Of a stretch of DNA of 64,000 nt, positions 39,042 to 51,872 are shown in pieces; position 1 is the stretch's first letter, and each line of letters starts with the position of its first letter. This DNA comes from Takakia lepidozioides. Taxonomy: Eukaryota > Plantae > Bryophyta. Below the pieces are notes generated by a model. The model did not search any database. It was not told the origin of the DNA and saw nothing but the letters and a program-made list of their open reading frames with translations. Made by a program: the position numbers and the translations under genes. Where the stretch lies: assembly GCA_030704615.1 (NCBI GenBank), contig CM060733.1:39432001-39496000 (forward strand), read 5' to 3'.

Positions 39042-41476
39042 CAGGGGGTAAAAATTCAAGTTTTTGTTTGGCATCAGGTTTCGGCACTACTACAAAGGGA
39101 GTGCCCTTCGTGCTAATGAAGGGGAGGAATTGTCCATAACTTGAGGTAATTCCATGGAAAGACTATGCTATTGATCTGCCAAGAACAAAATATGGCTAAG
39201 TTATGACATGCGCCTTTTTCATCCCTAGGATGAATGATTTTCATCCATGATGTTGAACCCTAGAAGCAAGATGTGAAATTCGAAGGGGAAGAGTGCGTGT
39301 ATCTTTTCGCAGCTGCTGCAGTGGTGTTGGCAGCACAGGATATCTGAGAAAGTTCCACCTACGCAAAGGGTATCAGCTTGCTTTTAAGAGAAATGTTAAG
39401 AGCTCCTGCTTGGCTTTCTGTGCAAGAAGAGTGCGTGTATCTTTTCGCAGCTGCTGCAGTGGTGTTGGCAGCACAGGATATCTGAGAAAGTTCCACCTAC
39501 GCAAAGGGTATCAGCTTGCTTTTAAGAGAAATGTTAAGAGCTCCTGCTTGGCTTTCTGTGCAAGAAGAAGCGGTGCCGCCTTCTTCGTAAGCAATGATCA
39601 AACCAGAGGGATCAGGTTTGTGATAAGGGCGGTGCACCACTGATGTCGCCATTGTCTTGATGAGCACATTAATGAGGAGATGGAGCGGCTCAGCAGGTGT
39701 TGGGGGATGAGAAATGCAGGCTGGTGTGTATAGCGCCTCAGGTTGTCTGTGATCAAATCTTGTAGCTGCTGTCTGTTTTTGAGCTTTAGGACCAGATCAC
39801 TTTGTAAGGGAATCAGCTTGCCTTAAAGAGCGACGTTAAGGGATCTGGCTTGGCATTCTGTGCAAGAGGAAGCGGTGCCGCCTTTCTGGTGTGTATGGCG
39901 CTTAAGCTATCTATAATTAAGTTTTGTATCTGCTCTCTGTCTTAAAGGCTGTAGGACCAGATCACTTCATAGGGAAGAAATGCACATGTAGAAGGATAGG
40001 GTAGAGGTTGGCAGACACAAGGATGTGCCAGCAGCTGAAGCAGAGCCGTCATGCCTTAATGAGGACTGGAATCACGATAAGAAGAGACGTCGGAAATGGC
40101 TGACGAGGGAGAGGACAAGGTGCCTTCGTGACAGGCAGACCCACCGCTTCAATGAGTATAAGACAGATAAGTTTGAAGAGTGGCCTTCTCTTTTTTGGTG
40201 ACTTAGAAATCGCTTTGTGAAGTTTTGGACTATCTCTTGTATGTAGTAAGAGACACTGACATGTGAGGAAGAAAAAGAGCTTTGGAAATGGAATGAAGAC
40301 ACTGGACTTCAAACCAGGATGGACTGGAGATGGATGCACCTGCTGTTACATTGTACAGTAGGAAAAATGAATGGAAACAAGGTTGATTCGTTGCTGGGAC
40401 AGAATGGTTGCTGCTGTTGTATTCTTGTTCCTTTGTTCAGCGTCATGAGCTTGTACAAACAATAGCCTGGGATGTTGACACATTGCAGTCAATGTGGAAA
40501 CTAGCTTAGTAGGTAGAGGAAACCAGTGAGAGTTAGATAGAACTGTTTGGAAACAACAAGAAGGGATGATGTGGATGGGGCAGAAAAACCAACATCTGTT
40601 TGGGTTTGGATCTGATTCTCAGGGTGCTCTCAGCAGCATGTGAACCACTGAGGTTCACAGTTGATGGGAAAAAGAGAGCTGTCAGGGTGTGTAAATTGAG
40701 ACCTGTAGAAGGGTTGAGAGCTGTCTTGGGCAAATGGCTACACCTGGGAAAAGTGGAGTGTGAAGCATTTGTCATTGGCAAGAGAGGGACTGATAAAAGG
40801 GCTGATTATATCTTGTGTGACCAAGGTTGATTTCAATGCTGGGTGCACTGGATGCTTGGCTGAATGCGCATTGCATTGCATCATAGACATGCTACAGTGG
40901 AAAGAGTGAGGAACATACTCACCCTGAAAGAAAGAGAGAGAGAGAGAGAAAAGAGAAAAGGGGAGAGAGCTGACCAGCAAGAGGGGATGGAGAGGAATGG
41001 ATGATTGGGGCGGTAAGATAAAGAAAGCATGAACCCATGAAGGGCCAAACTGGTAGGCCTGCAACTCATGGCAGATCTGAGTTGCCTCCTTCCAAATCGT
41101 GATCTTATTACAAAGGGGATTCCACTTGTTGCTGACCAAGGGAGCTGCCCACAAGGGCAGTGGTCATCACTGACGTAGGGCTGGTTGCATCACTGAAGAC
41201 AGCATGGTAACATGGCTGGTGCAGTGTACCAGGGAGAGGATGTCGTGTAGAAGTAGAACCACGGGTGAAAACAATACAGACTCCCCATCCATGTCTTCTC
41301 TTCCGCTGCGGCGTGGATGAGGATTGTGTGAACTCTGATCATGAAGGACCTGAGGGAAACCCACACCGAGTGACGATGGTTGGATCACCTGAGAGGAGAG
41401 CTCCTTTCCTTCCCTCCAATTGACCTGGGGAGGAGCACAACTAGACTTGCACAGAAGGGGATTCACGCCCTTCTTT
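39042..41476 (+). repeat. 5' LTR (first 13 nt missing; 138-bp internal tandem duplication at about 39289-39565)
   Basis: Aligns with 48080-50435 from CAGGGG onward. Confidence 0.93.
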
Positions 41477-41488
41477 TGGTATCAGAGC
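41477..41488 (+). other. Primer-binding site, tRNA-iMet
   Basis: TGGTATCAGAGC. Confidence 0.95.
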
Positions 41489-41949
41489 CTGAGGATGTTA
41501 AATCTTGATTTCTACTAGCTAGGGATCTTGACTGGTATTGGATGGTTTGATGGCAGGAAGAGACCACACACTGATTCCTGATGAACCAAGCATTGGAGAT
41601 GTGCTGATTTGCTTCAGCAGACGCACACCAAATGCACACGCAGACCCTTGTTTGTACTTCTTCAACCCTGCTTGGAGAATAGCGAATGGTGATTTATGTC
41701 TTAGAGTGATACATACTGGTGGAAGAACAACCATAGCACTTTGGATAAGAGAGTTAGGAAGGTGGGTGAAGATAAATACCATGGCACGAGAGGTGACATG
41801 GGGAGGTAGAGTAGAGATGTTGCGAAATGGACAGTGGGAGTGGTATAGAGGTCAACATTAAGGAAGTTGCGGGAAAAAATAGAGTCAGAATTAGGTGTTG
41901 AAACAGTTTGAACTTTGACTAGAGAATAGAAGGATGACCAGTCCAACCA

Positions 41950-44900
41950 GCATAGATGCGCCTTATCATGGTAGGAATAGTGAGGATGTAAATGACTGGC
42001 TGGAGAGAATTCAGATGGAGGCAGATGTCAGGGATTTGAATGAGGACAAAACTTTCAAGGTAGCAGGCTCAACCTGAGAGCCAAGGCTGATGAATGGTAC
42101 CGTAAACAAAACCCTAGACCAAACAACTGGGTGGACTTCAGGGCAGCAATTTCAGCCAAGTTTGGTATCGTTGACTTGGCAGAAATTAGGCTAAGAATGG
42201 ATACCATTAAACAGGAGAGTAGACAAAGGGTTCAAACATACTTTGATAGGTTGAACCGGTTATTTATAAGAAGTGGGGCGTCTGATTTGGAACAGAGGCG
42301 TAGATTTGCAGCAGGTTTGAGACCAGAAATAGCAAGAGTAATGCTGGGCAGGCGCTTCCTTGATGTAGAGGAAGCACTTGACACAGCCATTGAGATTGAA
42401 AGGGGCCTGGGAAAGTTAGGGGAAATACCTCTAGAGCCATTGGAAGGAGATGATACAGATGAGTCAGTTGTGTTTGTTAACCCTGTGGACAGAAGACTTG
42501 ATCAGCTGAACACTACCCTACAGAAGTACTTTGATAGGGGACCAGTCATAGGAGAAAGCTCGGGATCTAGAACACCTCGTGTTCGCCTTTGTAATGTTTG
42601 TCACAAAGAAGGTCACATAGCTGCATATTGTCCTGAAGGAAGAACCCCAGCTAAGTGTGACAAATGTCACCGGTTCGGGCATTCCACGGAAATGTGTGGT
42701 GTGAGATGCAACTTTTGCAAGCTACTCGGGCATACGGAGAGTGAGTGCAGAAAACTTGACCAAACTATGATGGGAACTCCGGGAACTAACTTTGTAGACG
42801 TGTTCTATGATGATGAGGATGATGTACTCGCAGAGATGACAGATCTGATGTCACGAAATAGTATCAATGAAGTCAGACTTCCAAGGACACGCATACCTGT
42901 CCAGAGTCCGATTGTTGAACCTACAGGGTCACCAGAAAGGAATAGTGAGAGCAGTGAACAGCCAAGCAAGACCAAGAGTGAAATCTACCCAAAGAACAAT
43001 TTCAAGAATGCTATAGAAGGAGGTACGAAATCCAGAATCTTGAACCACTTCTACAAAGGGAGAATATCGTTGTCGCCCATGGACCTGATCATGACTGTGC
43101 CCGGAGAGCTAGACAAATTGAAAGGGCTGGTCAAAGTGGTGGAAAGAGCAATGGTCCAACAAAGGGAGACAACTCACAGTGTAGAAGTTGTGAAGGATGT
43201 ACCAAGGCCTTTGTACTCAGCACACGCTGAGCCCACGATCTCGTATGCTTATACTGGTAAGGTTAAAGCGCTTCATGTAATGATTACAATGGGAGATTAC
43301 CAAGTATTAGGCCAGATTGACAACTGGTGCCATGCTTTCTGTAATATCAGCTAGTACAGTCAGGGATCTTGGTTTGATGATGGGATCTGTCATTACTAGT
43401 AAGGATGTGAATTACAGAGTAGCCTCAGGTGCTCTTGAGACTGCAATGGGCAGACTTGAGGACATCAAGGTCAAGTAGTAGGAGAACTGACCAATCGTTT
43501 GTCCTTTATGGTGGTGAACACGGATACATATCCATGCTGCTGGATTGGACTTTCTCAAAAAGTTTGGCGCTGTAGTGGACACCGAAGCTGAAACAATTCG
43601 CGTACGCTATGGGCCAGGAAAGGATTTTGCTCACTTCCCTTTGCACACCATCAATTATAATGAGCCTGCAGTTACCAAAACAGCCTACCATAGAGGGGTC
43701 GAGAGTAGAATGAGATATGCAAGCAGTACGTCAGCAGGTAATGTCCTAACCCTGACGTCAGATGAACAGTACCTAGGCTTGTGGGAGAAGAAAAGAAAAC
43801 CAGAGGAAGAATATGAGGACACGGAGGAAGCATCCTCAGGTTCTGACACCTCTAAATCTGATAAAGATGAGGAGATGGGAGGCTCTGAGGAGAGTAAGGA
43901 GGTAGAAACAGCACTGAGGGATGTTGAGGAAATAATAGACGATGTCAACCTAGGGGAGGACTTGTTCGAGGACCAAGGGATGTCTGAACTCCTTCAGGAA
44001 GAGACCCATAAGAGCATGGCTGCTGCCATAATACAGGAAGCTTATCAGAAAGCTTGGAATGGTGAACTAGGGAACAACAACCTAGAAATAGAGGATGACT
44101 TCCATGATTGGAATCAGGTTGTCACACAAGAGGAACGACAGAGAATGGCTAACTCTGTAAGCCAGGTGGAGGGAAAGAATTGGGAACCCAGTCAAGAGGA
44201 AGAAATGGAGAGTCGTTGGAGAAGTCTGAAATCCAGACTGCACATCAACCCAGAACTGGCCCCAGAACATAGGATAGAGCTTGAGCAAGAGCTGAAAGCA
44301 AACCAGGAATGCTTTGCTCTTAGCAAGGCTGACTTGGGATGCAGTGAGGTAGAACACACAATTGACACACAAGGTTTTCCCCCTTGCAGAAGTCGTCCCA
44401 GCCGCCTATCAGAATGGGAGGAAGACGAGGTCCAAGGACAAATTGAGACTTTGATCTCACAAGGCAAGATGAGAGAGAGTAGTTCAGAATGGTCGTGTCC
44501 AGTTACCCTTCCACCAAAAAAGGATGGATCCAAGCGGTTTTGTGGTGATTTTAGGCCAGTAAACCGTTTGACCAGAAGGGACTCTTACCCTATGCCATTA
44601 ATTCAGGATGTTTTAAACCAGTTGGGGAAAGCCAAGTGGTTTTCTGCGCTGGATTTACAATCTGGTTTTTGGCAGATCAAAATGGACGACCGAGACATAG
44701 GCAAAAACAGCAGTGATCACAAAGAAGGGATTGTATGAATGGCTAGTCATGCCATTCGGGCTAAAAAATGCCACTGCTACCTTTCAGAGAACAATGATAG
44801 AGTGCTCAAGGAAGAAATCAAAGATTGCGCTAAGGTTTTGTAGATGACGTCAATATCCATAGCAAGGACTGGGGAGATCACGTGGGACATATAAAGAGAG

Positions 44901-47900
44901 TATTGAGCAAGGTTAGAAAGGCCAATCTTAGGCTCAATCCGGACAAGTGTTACTTTGCCAACTTACAGTTGGTATTCCTTGGGCATGTGATCTCTGAAGA
45001 GGGAACGTGGCCTGATCCAGATAAGATAGCTGCTATTGAAAGGTTTCCCTTGCCCAAAAACCACACTGCTCTCAAAAGCTACTTAGGCATGACAGGGTAC
45101 TATAGGCCCTATGTCAAAGGATATGCTGGAGTGGCAGTACCCTTGTTCACTCTAACCAAGAAGGATGTGAAGTTTATCTGGAGTGCAGAGGCACAAAACG
45201 CCTTTTCTGCCTTACAGGTGAAGTTGGTAACTGCTCCCATCCTGGCAAGACCAGATTTCTCAAGACCGTTCGTCTTGGATGTTGACTGGTCCATCAAAGG
45301 AGTAGGGGCAGTCTTGTCACAAAAGGAGTATAAAAAGGAGAGGGTCATTGCATACGCCAGTAAGGTACTATCTGATGCTCAGCGCAAATATCACCCTATG
45401 GAAGGTGAATGCTATGCCCTGGTGTGGGGAAGTATTACACTTTCGGCAGTACCTGTATGGAACCCCTTTTGTAATCAGGACTGATCACAAACCACTGGAG
45501 TGGTTGGCAACGTAAGTGACGCATATGGACGCAGGGGTAGATGGATCATGATGTTACAAGATTTTGAGTTTAAAATTGTTCACAGAGCAGGTGCTAGGCA
45601 TGCTAACGTAGATGCACTAAGCAGGTATCCAGTGGGACCAGCTGAGGAAACCGAGGAAATCGAGGTATACTCTACTTCTCTGTACAGTCAGAAAAGAGAA
45701 GGGAGAAAGAGGGATGGAGCCTATTCTTAAGCTAGCTTGGGATAGGGGTGCCATCAATGCTTCGTTATTTCAATTTAAGGAGGGGAAGGAGGAGTTGAGA
45801 GAAGAAGCTCATAGGCAAGTAGGGTATAGCAGTGAAAAAGGGGAGATGATTTGCAAAAGAGAAGAGTACTATGCATGTGTATGGGGCCTTTGGCACTTCA
45901 AGAAAATACTGTTGGGAAGTCATTTTTTCTTTGGAAACAGATCTAGATCCATATTGGTGGCTATACTCAGAGCACCACATAGGCATAGACTTACTTGGTG
46001 ACTTTTCATTTGAGTTCGTTCCGGGCATAGTAAGATCTTCCACAGATGGAATGTTGACCAAGGATCATGGCATATTGAAGGGAGAACTGAAACCAGGCAT
46101 AATGCCAGATGGAGAAGGAAAGAGGGTGACTTTTGCTGCACAGATTTTTGCTAAAAAAAAAAAAAACAAGGAAAGGGTATTGATCAATCAAGCTCTGTCA
46201 ATCTGGTGAGGGAGGGTATTTGGAAGGATAAGGGTGCAGGAAGGATAGAGGCTACTGCAATCAGCAAACAAGGAAGGGAGCATCTGATGCCTCTTGTCCC
46301 CACATCCATGTGATTACCCGAGGATCTGTGCTCGTGATAAGGAGCTAAGCGAGGTACATCCAGCCTGTGAACTTGTGGAAGAGAGATCGAACAATGAAAA
46401 GGGAAGCTTGCAAGAGACACCATTCCTTCAACACTTGACAAGCACTCCAACAACAAGAAGAACGCGGGTGACTTCCTCATCAGAATGCCCAGCCAAGGAA
46501 AAACATGGGGGGGTGAGTGTTCCACCAAGACGTTTTGTTCTTCAGACAGTGATGGAACAAGTGGTTCAGAACAAGACACTTCTTCTTGCAACAAGATTGA
46601 TGAAGGGGACTGGGTACCATGGACCGCACCCACCAAAGCTACTCAGATGTCATTATTACGTGAGGCTGAAAGATGGGGGAAAAGCTCTCTCATCAGCTCT
46701 GACCATCATACAGCAGCTGTTAAGGAGGAAAAAGCAACCTGATGTGCTTGATGATGTGGAAGTCATGCACCTCTTATGTTTTGGAGAAGTCAATGACTAC
46801 CTGACAAAAGAGGAGAGCAAGAGAGCCAAGAGGCGGGCAAGGCAGTACTCCTATCTCAAAGGTGAGGTCTACTTTGATGGAAGGGTAGTTCCACCAAGAA
46901 CTGACAGAGCGGCAATAATCACTGAAGTACATGAAGCCACTGGCCACTTTGGAGTCAGAAGAACACAAGAGAGATATGCCGACGTTATTTCTGGCATGAT
47001 AGAACAAAACTCATCAGGCAAGTACTCAAGGGCTGTGGTAAATGTCAGATGGCCAAACAGAACGGAGTGTTGCGCTCAGGTAGCTCAAAACTTCACAGCA
47101 TTCCAGTAGTGGATCTGTTTTTTCAGAGTTGCAATTGACACGGCAGGACCATTACCTATAACCAGCAGGGGCAATCAGTACTTTCTGGTGGCAATCGATC
47201 ACTTCTCAAAATGGATAGAAGCTGCACCAGTGGCAGATCATACAGCAGCCCTTGCTGCCCGCTTTCTTGAGGAAGAAGTAATTGACAGGTATAGCTGCCC
47301 ACATACGTTGCTCACTGACAATGGCACAGAGTGGGGGAGTTTGAAGATACATGCCACGAATACGGTATAAAGAGGGAGCATAGCGCCCCCTACTGGCCTC
47401 AGTGTAACGGTATGGTGGAAAGGGTCATTAAGTCTCTCAAACAGAGCATCACCACCCTAGGAGTTGGAAACGACACTGAGTGGGATCAGAATCTCTATAA
47501 GGCCCTGTTTGGTTACAGAATGGGTGTCCATGCTTCCACTGGATTCTCACCTTTTCAGGTACTTACTGGTAGGATTCCCAGGCTGGGAATTGACAACAGG
47601 TTACATTTTCTTACAACACCAGTAAATTCTGATGGATCTGTAGCAGAGGTCACACTTATGATGCAGCAGAAAATCCAGCTTCTCACAGAGATGAAGGCAA
47701 AGCTACGAAAGAGTGTGAAGAAAGGGCAGCGTCAACAGGCAAGAGATTATGAAAGAAGGCATCAAACAGGGCATACCTACTGCACGTTGATGGAGAACAG
47801 CAAGGTAATGATGTTGAGGCCTGGAAAGAGGTCTTCCATGACATCTCCATGGGAGGGACCCTATGACTTTTTGGGATACAAGGATGCAGGAAGCACAACC

Positions 47901-48044
47901 AAGACTGGAGAAGCTGCACGAAGATGCAGGTTGAGAGATGGAGCAGACAAGGAATGGGTAAGAAGTAGGAGGGATTTAAAACCCTTCATACCACCAATAG
48001 GTGTTCAGCCGTTAAAGGTGGTCAGTGAGGACCCTGACACTTAA
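41950..48044 (+). pseudogene. gag-pol (Gag-PR-RT-RH-INT) of the 11.4-kb Gypsy, frameshifted
   Basis: ORFs 42131..43354, 43545..44738, 44882..45484, 45500..45730, 46294..47109, 47188..47370 and 47331..48044 carry consecutive domain motifs; no chromodomain. Confidence 0.93.
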
Positions 48045-48055
48045 AAAAAAGGAGG
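48043..48055 (+). other. Polypurine tract
   Basis: AAAAAAAAGGAGG overlapping the pol stop codon. Confidence 0.85.
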
Positions 48056-48075
48056 CACACTACATATGTAGTGTG
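48056..48075. repeat. Perfect 20-bp palindrome CACACTACATATGTAGTGTG (att-att junction-like)
   Basis: Self-reverse-complementary; its halves equal the two termini of the 3' LTR. Confidence 0.97.
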
Positions 48076-50445
48076 AGTGCAGGGGTAAAAATTCAAGTTT
48101 TTGTTTGGCATCAGGTTTCGGCACTACTACAAAGGGAGTGCCCTTCTGCTAATGAAGGGGAGGAATTGTCCATAACTTGAGGTAATTCCATGGAAAGACT
48201 ATGCTATTGATCTGCCAAGAACAAAATATGGCTAAGTTATGACATGCGCCTTTTTCATCCCTAGGATGAATGATTTTCATCCATGATGTTGAACCTAGAA
48301 GCAGGATGTGAAATTCGAAGGGGAAGAGTGCGTGTATCTTTTCGCAGCTGCTGCAGTGGTGTTGGCAGCACAGGATATCTGAGAAAGTTCCACCTACGCA
48401 AAGGGTATCAGCTTGCTTTTAAGAGAAATGTTAAGAAAGAAGAAAATATCTGAAAGTTCCACCTACGCAAAGGGTATCAACTTGCTTTTAAGAGAAATGT
48501 TAAGAGCTCCTGCTGGCTGTCTGTGCAAGAAGAAGCGGTGACGCCTTCTTAAGCAATGATCAAACCAGAGGGATCAGGTTTGTGATAAGGGCGGTGCACC
48601 ACTGCTGTCGCCATTGTCTTGATGAGCACATTAATGAGGAGATGGAGCGGCTCAGCAGGTGTGGGGGATGAGAAATGCAGGCTGGTGTGTATAGCGCCTC
48701 AGGTTGTCTGTGATCAAATCTGTAGCTGCTGTCTGTTTTTGAGCTTTAGGACCAGATCACTTGGTAAGGGAATCAGCTTGCCTTAAAGAGCGACGTTAAG
48801 GGCTGGCTGGCCTTCTGTGCAAGAGGAAGCGGGTGCCGCCTTCTGGTGTGTATGGCGCTTTAAGCTATCTATAATTAAGTTTTGTATCTGCCCTCTCTGT
48901 CTTAAAGGCTGTAGGACCAGATCACTTCATAGGGAAGAATGCACATGTAGAAGGAATAGAGGTAGAGGTTGGCAGACACAAGGATGTGCCAGCAGCTGAA
49001 GCAGAGCCGTCATGCCTAATGAGGACTGGAACACGATAAGAAGAGACGTCGGAAATGGCTGACGAGGGAGAGGACAAGGTGCCTCGTGACAGGCAAGAAC
49101 CCACCGCTTCAATGGATAAGACAGATAAGTTTGAAGAGTGGCCTTCTCTTTTTTGGTGACTTAGAAATCGCTTTGTGAAGTTTGGACTGTCTCTTGTATG
49201 TAGTAAGAGACACTGACATGTGAGGAAGAAAAAGAGCTTTGGAAATGGAATGAAGACACTGGACTTCAAACCAGGATGGACTGGAGATGGATGCACCTGC
49301 TGTACATTGTACAGTAGGAAAAATGAATGGAAACAAGGTTGATTCGTTGCTGGGACAAGAATGGTTGCTGCGTGTATTCTTGTTCCTTGTTTCAGCGTCA
49401 TGAGCTTGTACAAACAATCTAGCCTGGGATGTTGACACATTGCAGTCAATGTGGAACTAGCTTAGTAGGTAGAGGAAACCAGTGTGAGAGTTAGATAGAA
49501 CTGTTTGGAAAACAACAAGAGGGATGATGTGGATGGGGCAGAAAAACCAACATCTGTTTGGGTTTGGATCTGATTCTCAGGGTTGCTCTCAGCATGTGAA
49601 CCACTGAGGTTCACAGTTGATGGGAAAAGAGAGCTGTCAGGGTGTGTAAATTGAGACCTGTAGAAGGGTTGAGAGCTGTCTTGGGCAAAATGGCTACACC
49701 TGGGAAAAGTGGAGTGTGTGAAGCATTTGTCATTGGCAAGGAGGGACTGATAAAAGGGCTGATTATATCTTGTGTGACCAGGTTGATTTCAATGCTGGGT
49801 GCACTGGATGCTTGGCTGAATGCGCATTGCATTGCATCATAGACATGCTACAGTGGAAAGAGTGAGGAACATACTCACCCTGAAAGAAGAAAGAGAGAGG
49901 GAGAGAGAAAAGGACATAAGGGAGAGAGCTGACCAGCAAGAGGGGATGGAGAGAATGGATGATTGGGGCGGGTAAGATAAAGAAAGCATGAAACCATGAA
50001 GGCCAAACTGGTAGGCCTGCAACTCATGGCAGATCTGAGTTCCTCCTTCAAATCGTGATCTTATTACAAAGGGGATTCCACTTGTTGCTGACCAAGGGAG
50101 CTGCCCACAAGGGCAGTGGTCATCACTGACGTAGGGCTGGTTGCATCACTGAAGACAGCATGGTAACATGGCTGGTGCAGTGTACCAGGGAGAGGATGTC
50201 GTGTGTAGAAGTAGAACCACGGGTGAAAACAATACAGACTCCCCATCCATGTCTTCTCTTCCGCTGCGGCGTGGATGAGGATTGTGTGAACTCTGATCAT
50301 GAAGGACCTGAGGGGAAACCCACACCGAGTGACGATGCGTTGATCACCTGAGAGGAGAGCTCCTTTCCTTCCCTCAATTGACCTGGGGAGGAGCACAACT
50401 AGACTTGCACAGAAGGGGATTCACGCCCTTTCTTTTCACACTACA
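48067..50445 (+). repeat. 3' LTR with 10-bp terminal inverted repeats TGTAGTGTGA...TCACACTACA
   Basis: Termini read directly; homologous to the 5' LTR. Confidence 0.93.
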
Positions 50446-51151
50446 CCCTTGGCCTCCTCACTACCTCTTGCCTCCTCGCTAGCCTTATGTCTAGCCTGTT
50501 CCTTTGCCCTCTCTTTTGCCCTCTCACAGGCCTTCTATTTCTTACTAGTGTATTGCGTCTGCTTGGCTTTCTTCTTCTTCTTCGCGTGGGCGGGCCCTAC
50601 TGCATGTGCATCAGCTTCCTCCATTGTTGGATTTGCTGTCCTCATCCGACGCCCTTCACCTGCCATGCCGCCTGCACCAACCTCCCGAATGCCTATTCTG
50701 TCGTACTCTCGCTGCAGGTCCTCCCGTCCACCAACAAAAGGCGAAAGATTTAGTTTGCCCTCCCGCCCCAAGTTGGGCGATCCAAACATGCGATGAATAG
50801 CGGCTTTTGGAGTGACTGCTCGAGCAGTTGGAGCTGTCGATGATACCACCAGCGTGTCGGGCTCGTCGTCACTCTGTCATCCCCAACAATCGTGAGAACC
50901 AACATCGCAATGAAAACCACCATCGCAACCACCATCGCAACAATCGTGGAACAACAATGAAAACAAACCCAAGCAATGCCTAAGAATCACATGCAGAAGC
51001 AGCCTTCTCCAGAGCTGCCGGCTTTGCACACGCATTGCAAACTATCTAAGGTTCACTCAACCAGTAACTTGCAGAAATGAACATGAAACATGATGAACAA
51101 ATGAACACTATTTCGATAAGACGGAAAATAGGGTGAAATGTTTTGAAGGCA

Positions 51152-51320
51152 CTTCATCTGCCCAGACAATCTTCTTAGCTCAGCATGGATTTCCTTAATT
51201 CCGGGATGCAACCTGTCATCTACAGCAAAGGTGTGCACCCTGTTGCAAATCTCAGTGCAACAACGACCTGTCTCCTTTCTAACCCCTCTGACCTTGATCA
51301 TTCTTCTCACCAACTCATGC
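51152..51320 (-). pseudogene. PPR E2/E+ (pre-DYW) domain fragment
   Basis: VRRMIKVRGVRKETGRCCTEICNRVHTFAVDDRLHPGIKEIHAELRRLSGQMK matches the PG-box/E+ consensus. Confidence 0.85.
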
Positions 51321-51872
51321 TTTTGCGATGCAACCATGCACTTCCCGGGCTGCCAGGCTGAAGATGCCAAAACAAACAAAAAAAAGCGAAGAAGACCGCA
51401 CATGTTACACAAAGCGAAAGAGGAAGGGGCTTGCCTGAGAGTGCTCGGCTTCAGTTGGCGCGGGCTGTGAGCAAGACAATGGAATCTCCTGCTGGAGCTT
51501 CAGTTTGGCCATCCGAGAGGTTGGACGCCGCCCGTAGTACAAAACCTTCAGCTTCTGCCGCGGTCTGGATGTGGGGTTTCTCTCAGGAGAGCCACGCCCT
51601 TCTCCACGCGGCATAAGTCCCAGCAAAAGAAAAAATCTCTTGCCGTATGCGTGCGTACATGCCTCGAATGGAACTTCATCCAAGCGTCACATCAGGTGTC
51701 GAAGGCGTATCCGGGAAGCAAGCAAGCGCGGATCCCTGTGGAACATCCGGTTCAAAACCGACGGCGGAGGACATTTAATGCGCAACTGCGCCATTAAATG
51801 TCATAGGTATGGAGGTCGGCCACAGGCGCCGACTGGCCCACCCTCCCCCCAAGACTTCATCAATCGCCCGCT

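Larger units (their letters stand above)
39042..50445 (+). mobile_element. Non-chromovirus Ty3/Gypsy LTR retrotransposon (possibly Phygy/Selgy-like), about 2.4-kb LTRs
   Basis: Direct repeats 39042-41476 and 48067-50445; PBS; gag with three CCHC knuckles; protease; RT (RFCGDFRPVN, LDLQSGFWQI, MPFGL, VDD); RNase H (LDVDWSIKGVGAVLSQ); integrase (AIDTAGPLP, TDNGTE, PQCNGMVER); PPT. Confidence 0.95.

Noticed and set aside
39293-41466. Short ORFs inside the LTRs
   Set aside because: No domain similarity, and frames are not preserved between the two LTRs.
48080-50435. LTR-LTR differences as a measure of insertion age
   Set aside because: Differences are dominated by 1-2 bp indels typical of long-read consensus error; dating, and many frameshifts in this window, are unreliable.
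39042-50445. DIRS/Ngaro (tyrosine recombinase) identity to explain the odd termini
   Set aside because: The element encodes a DDE integrase and a protease and has a PBS and PPT; no tyrosine recombinase motifs were seen.
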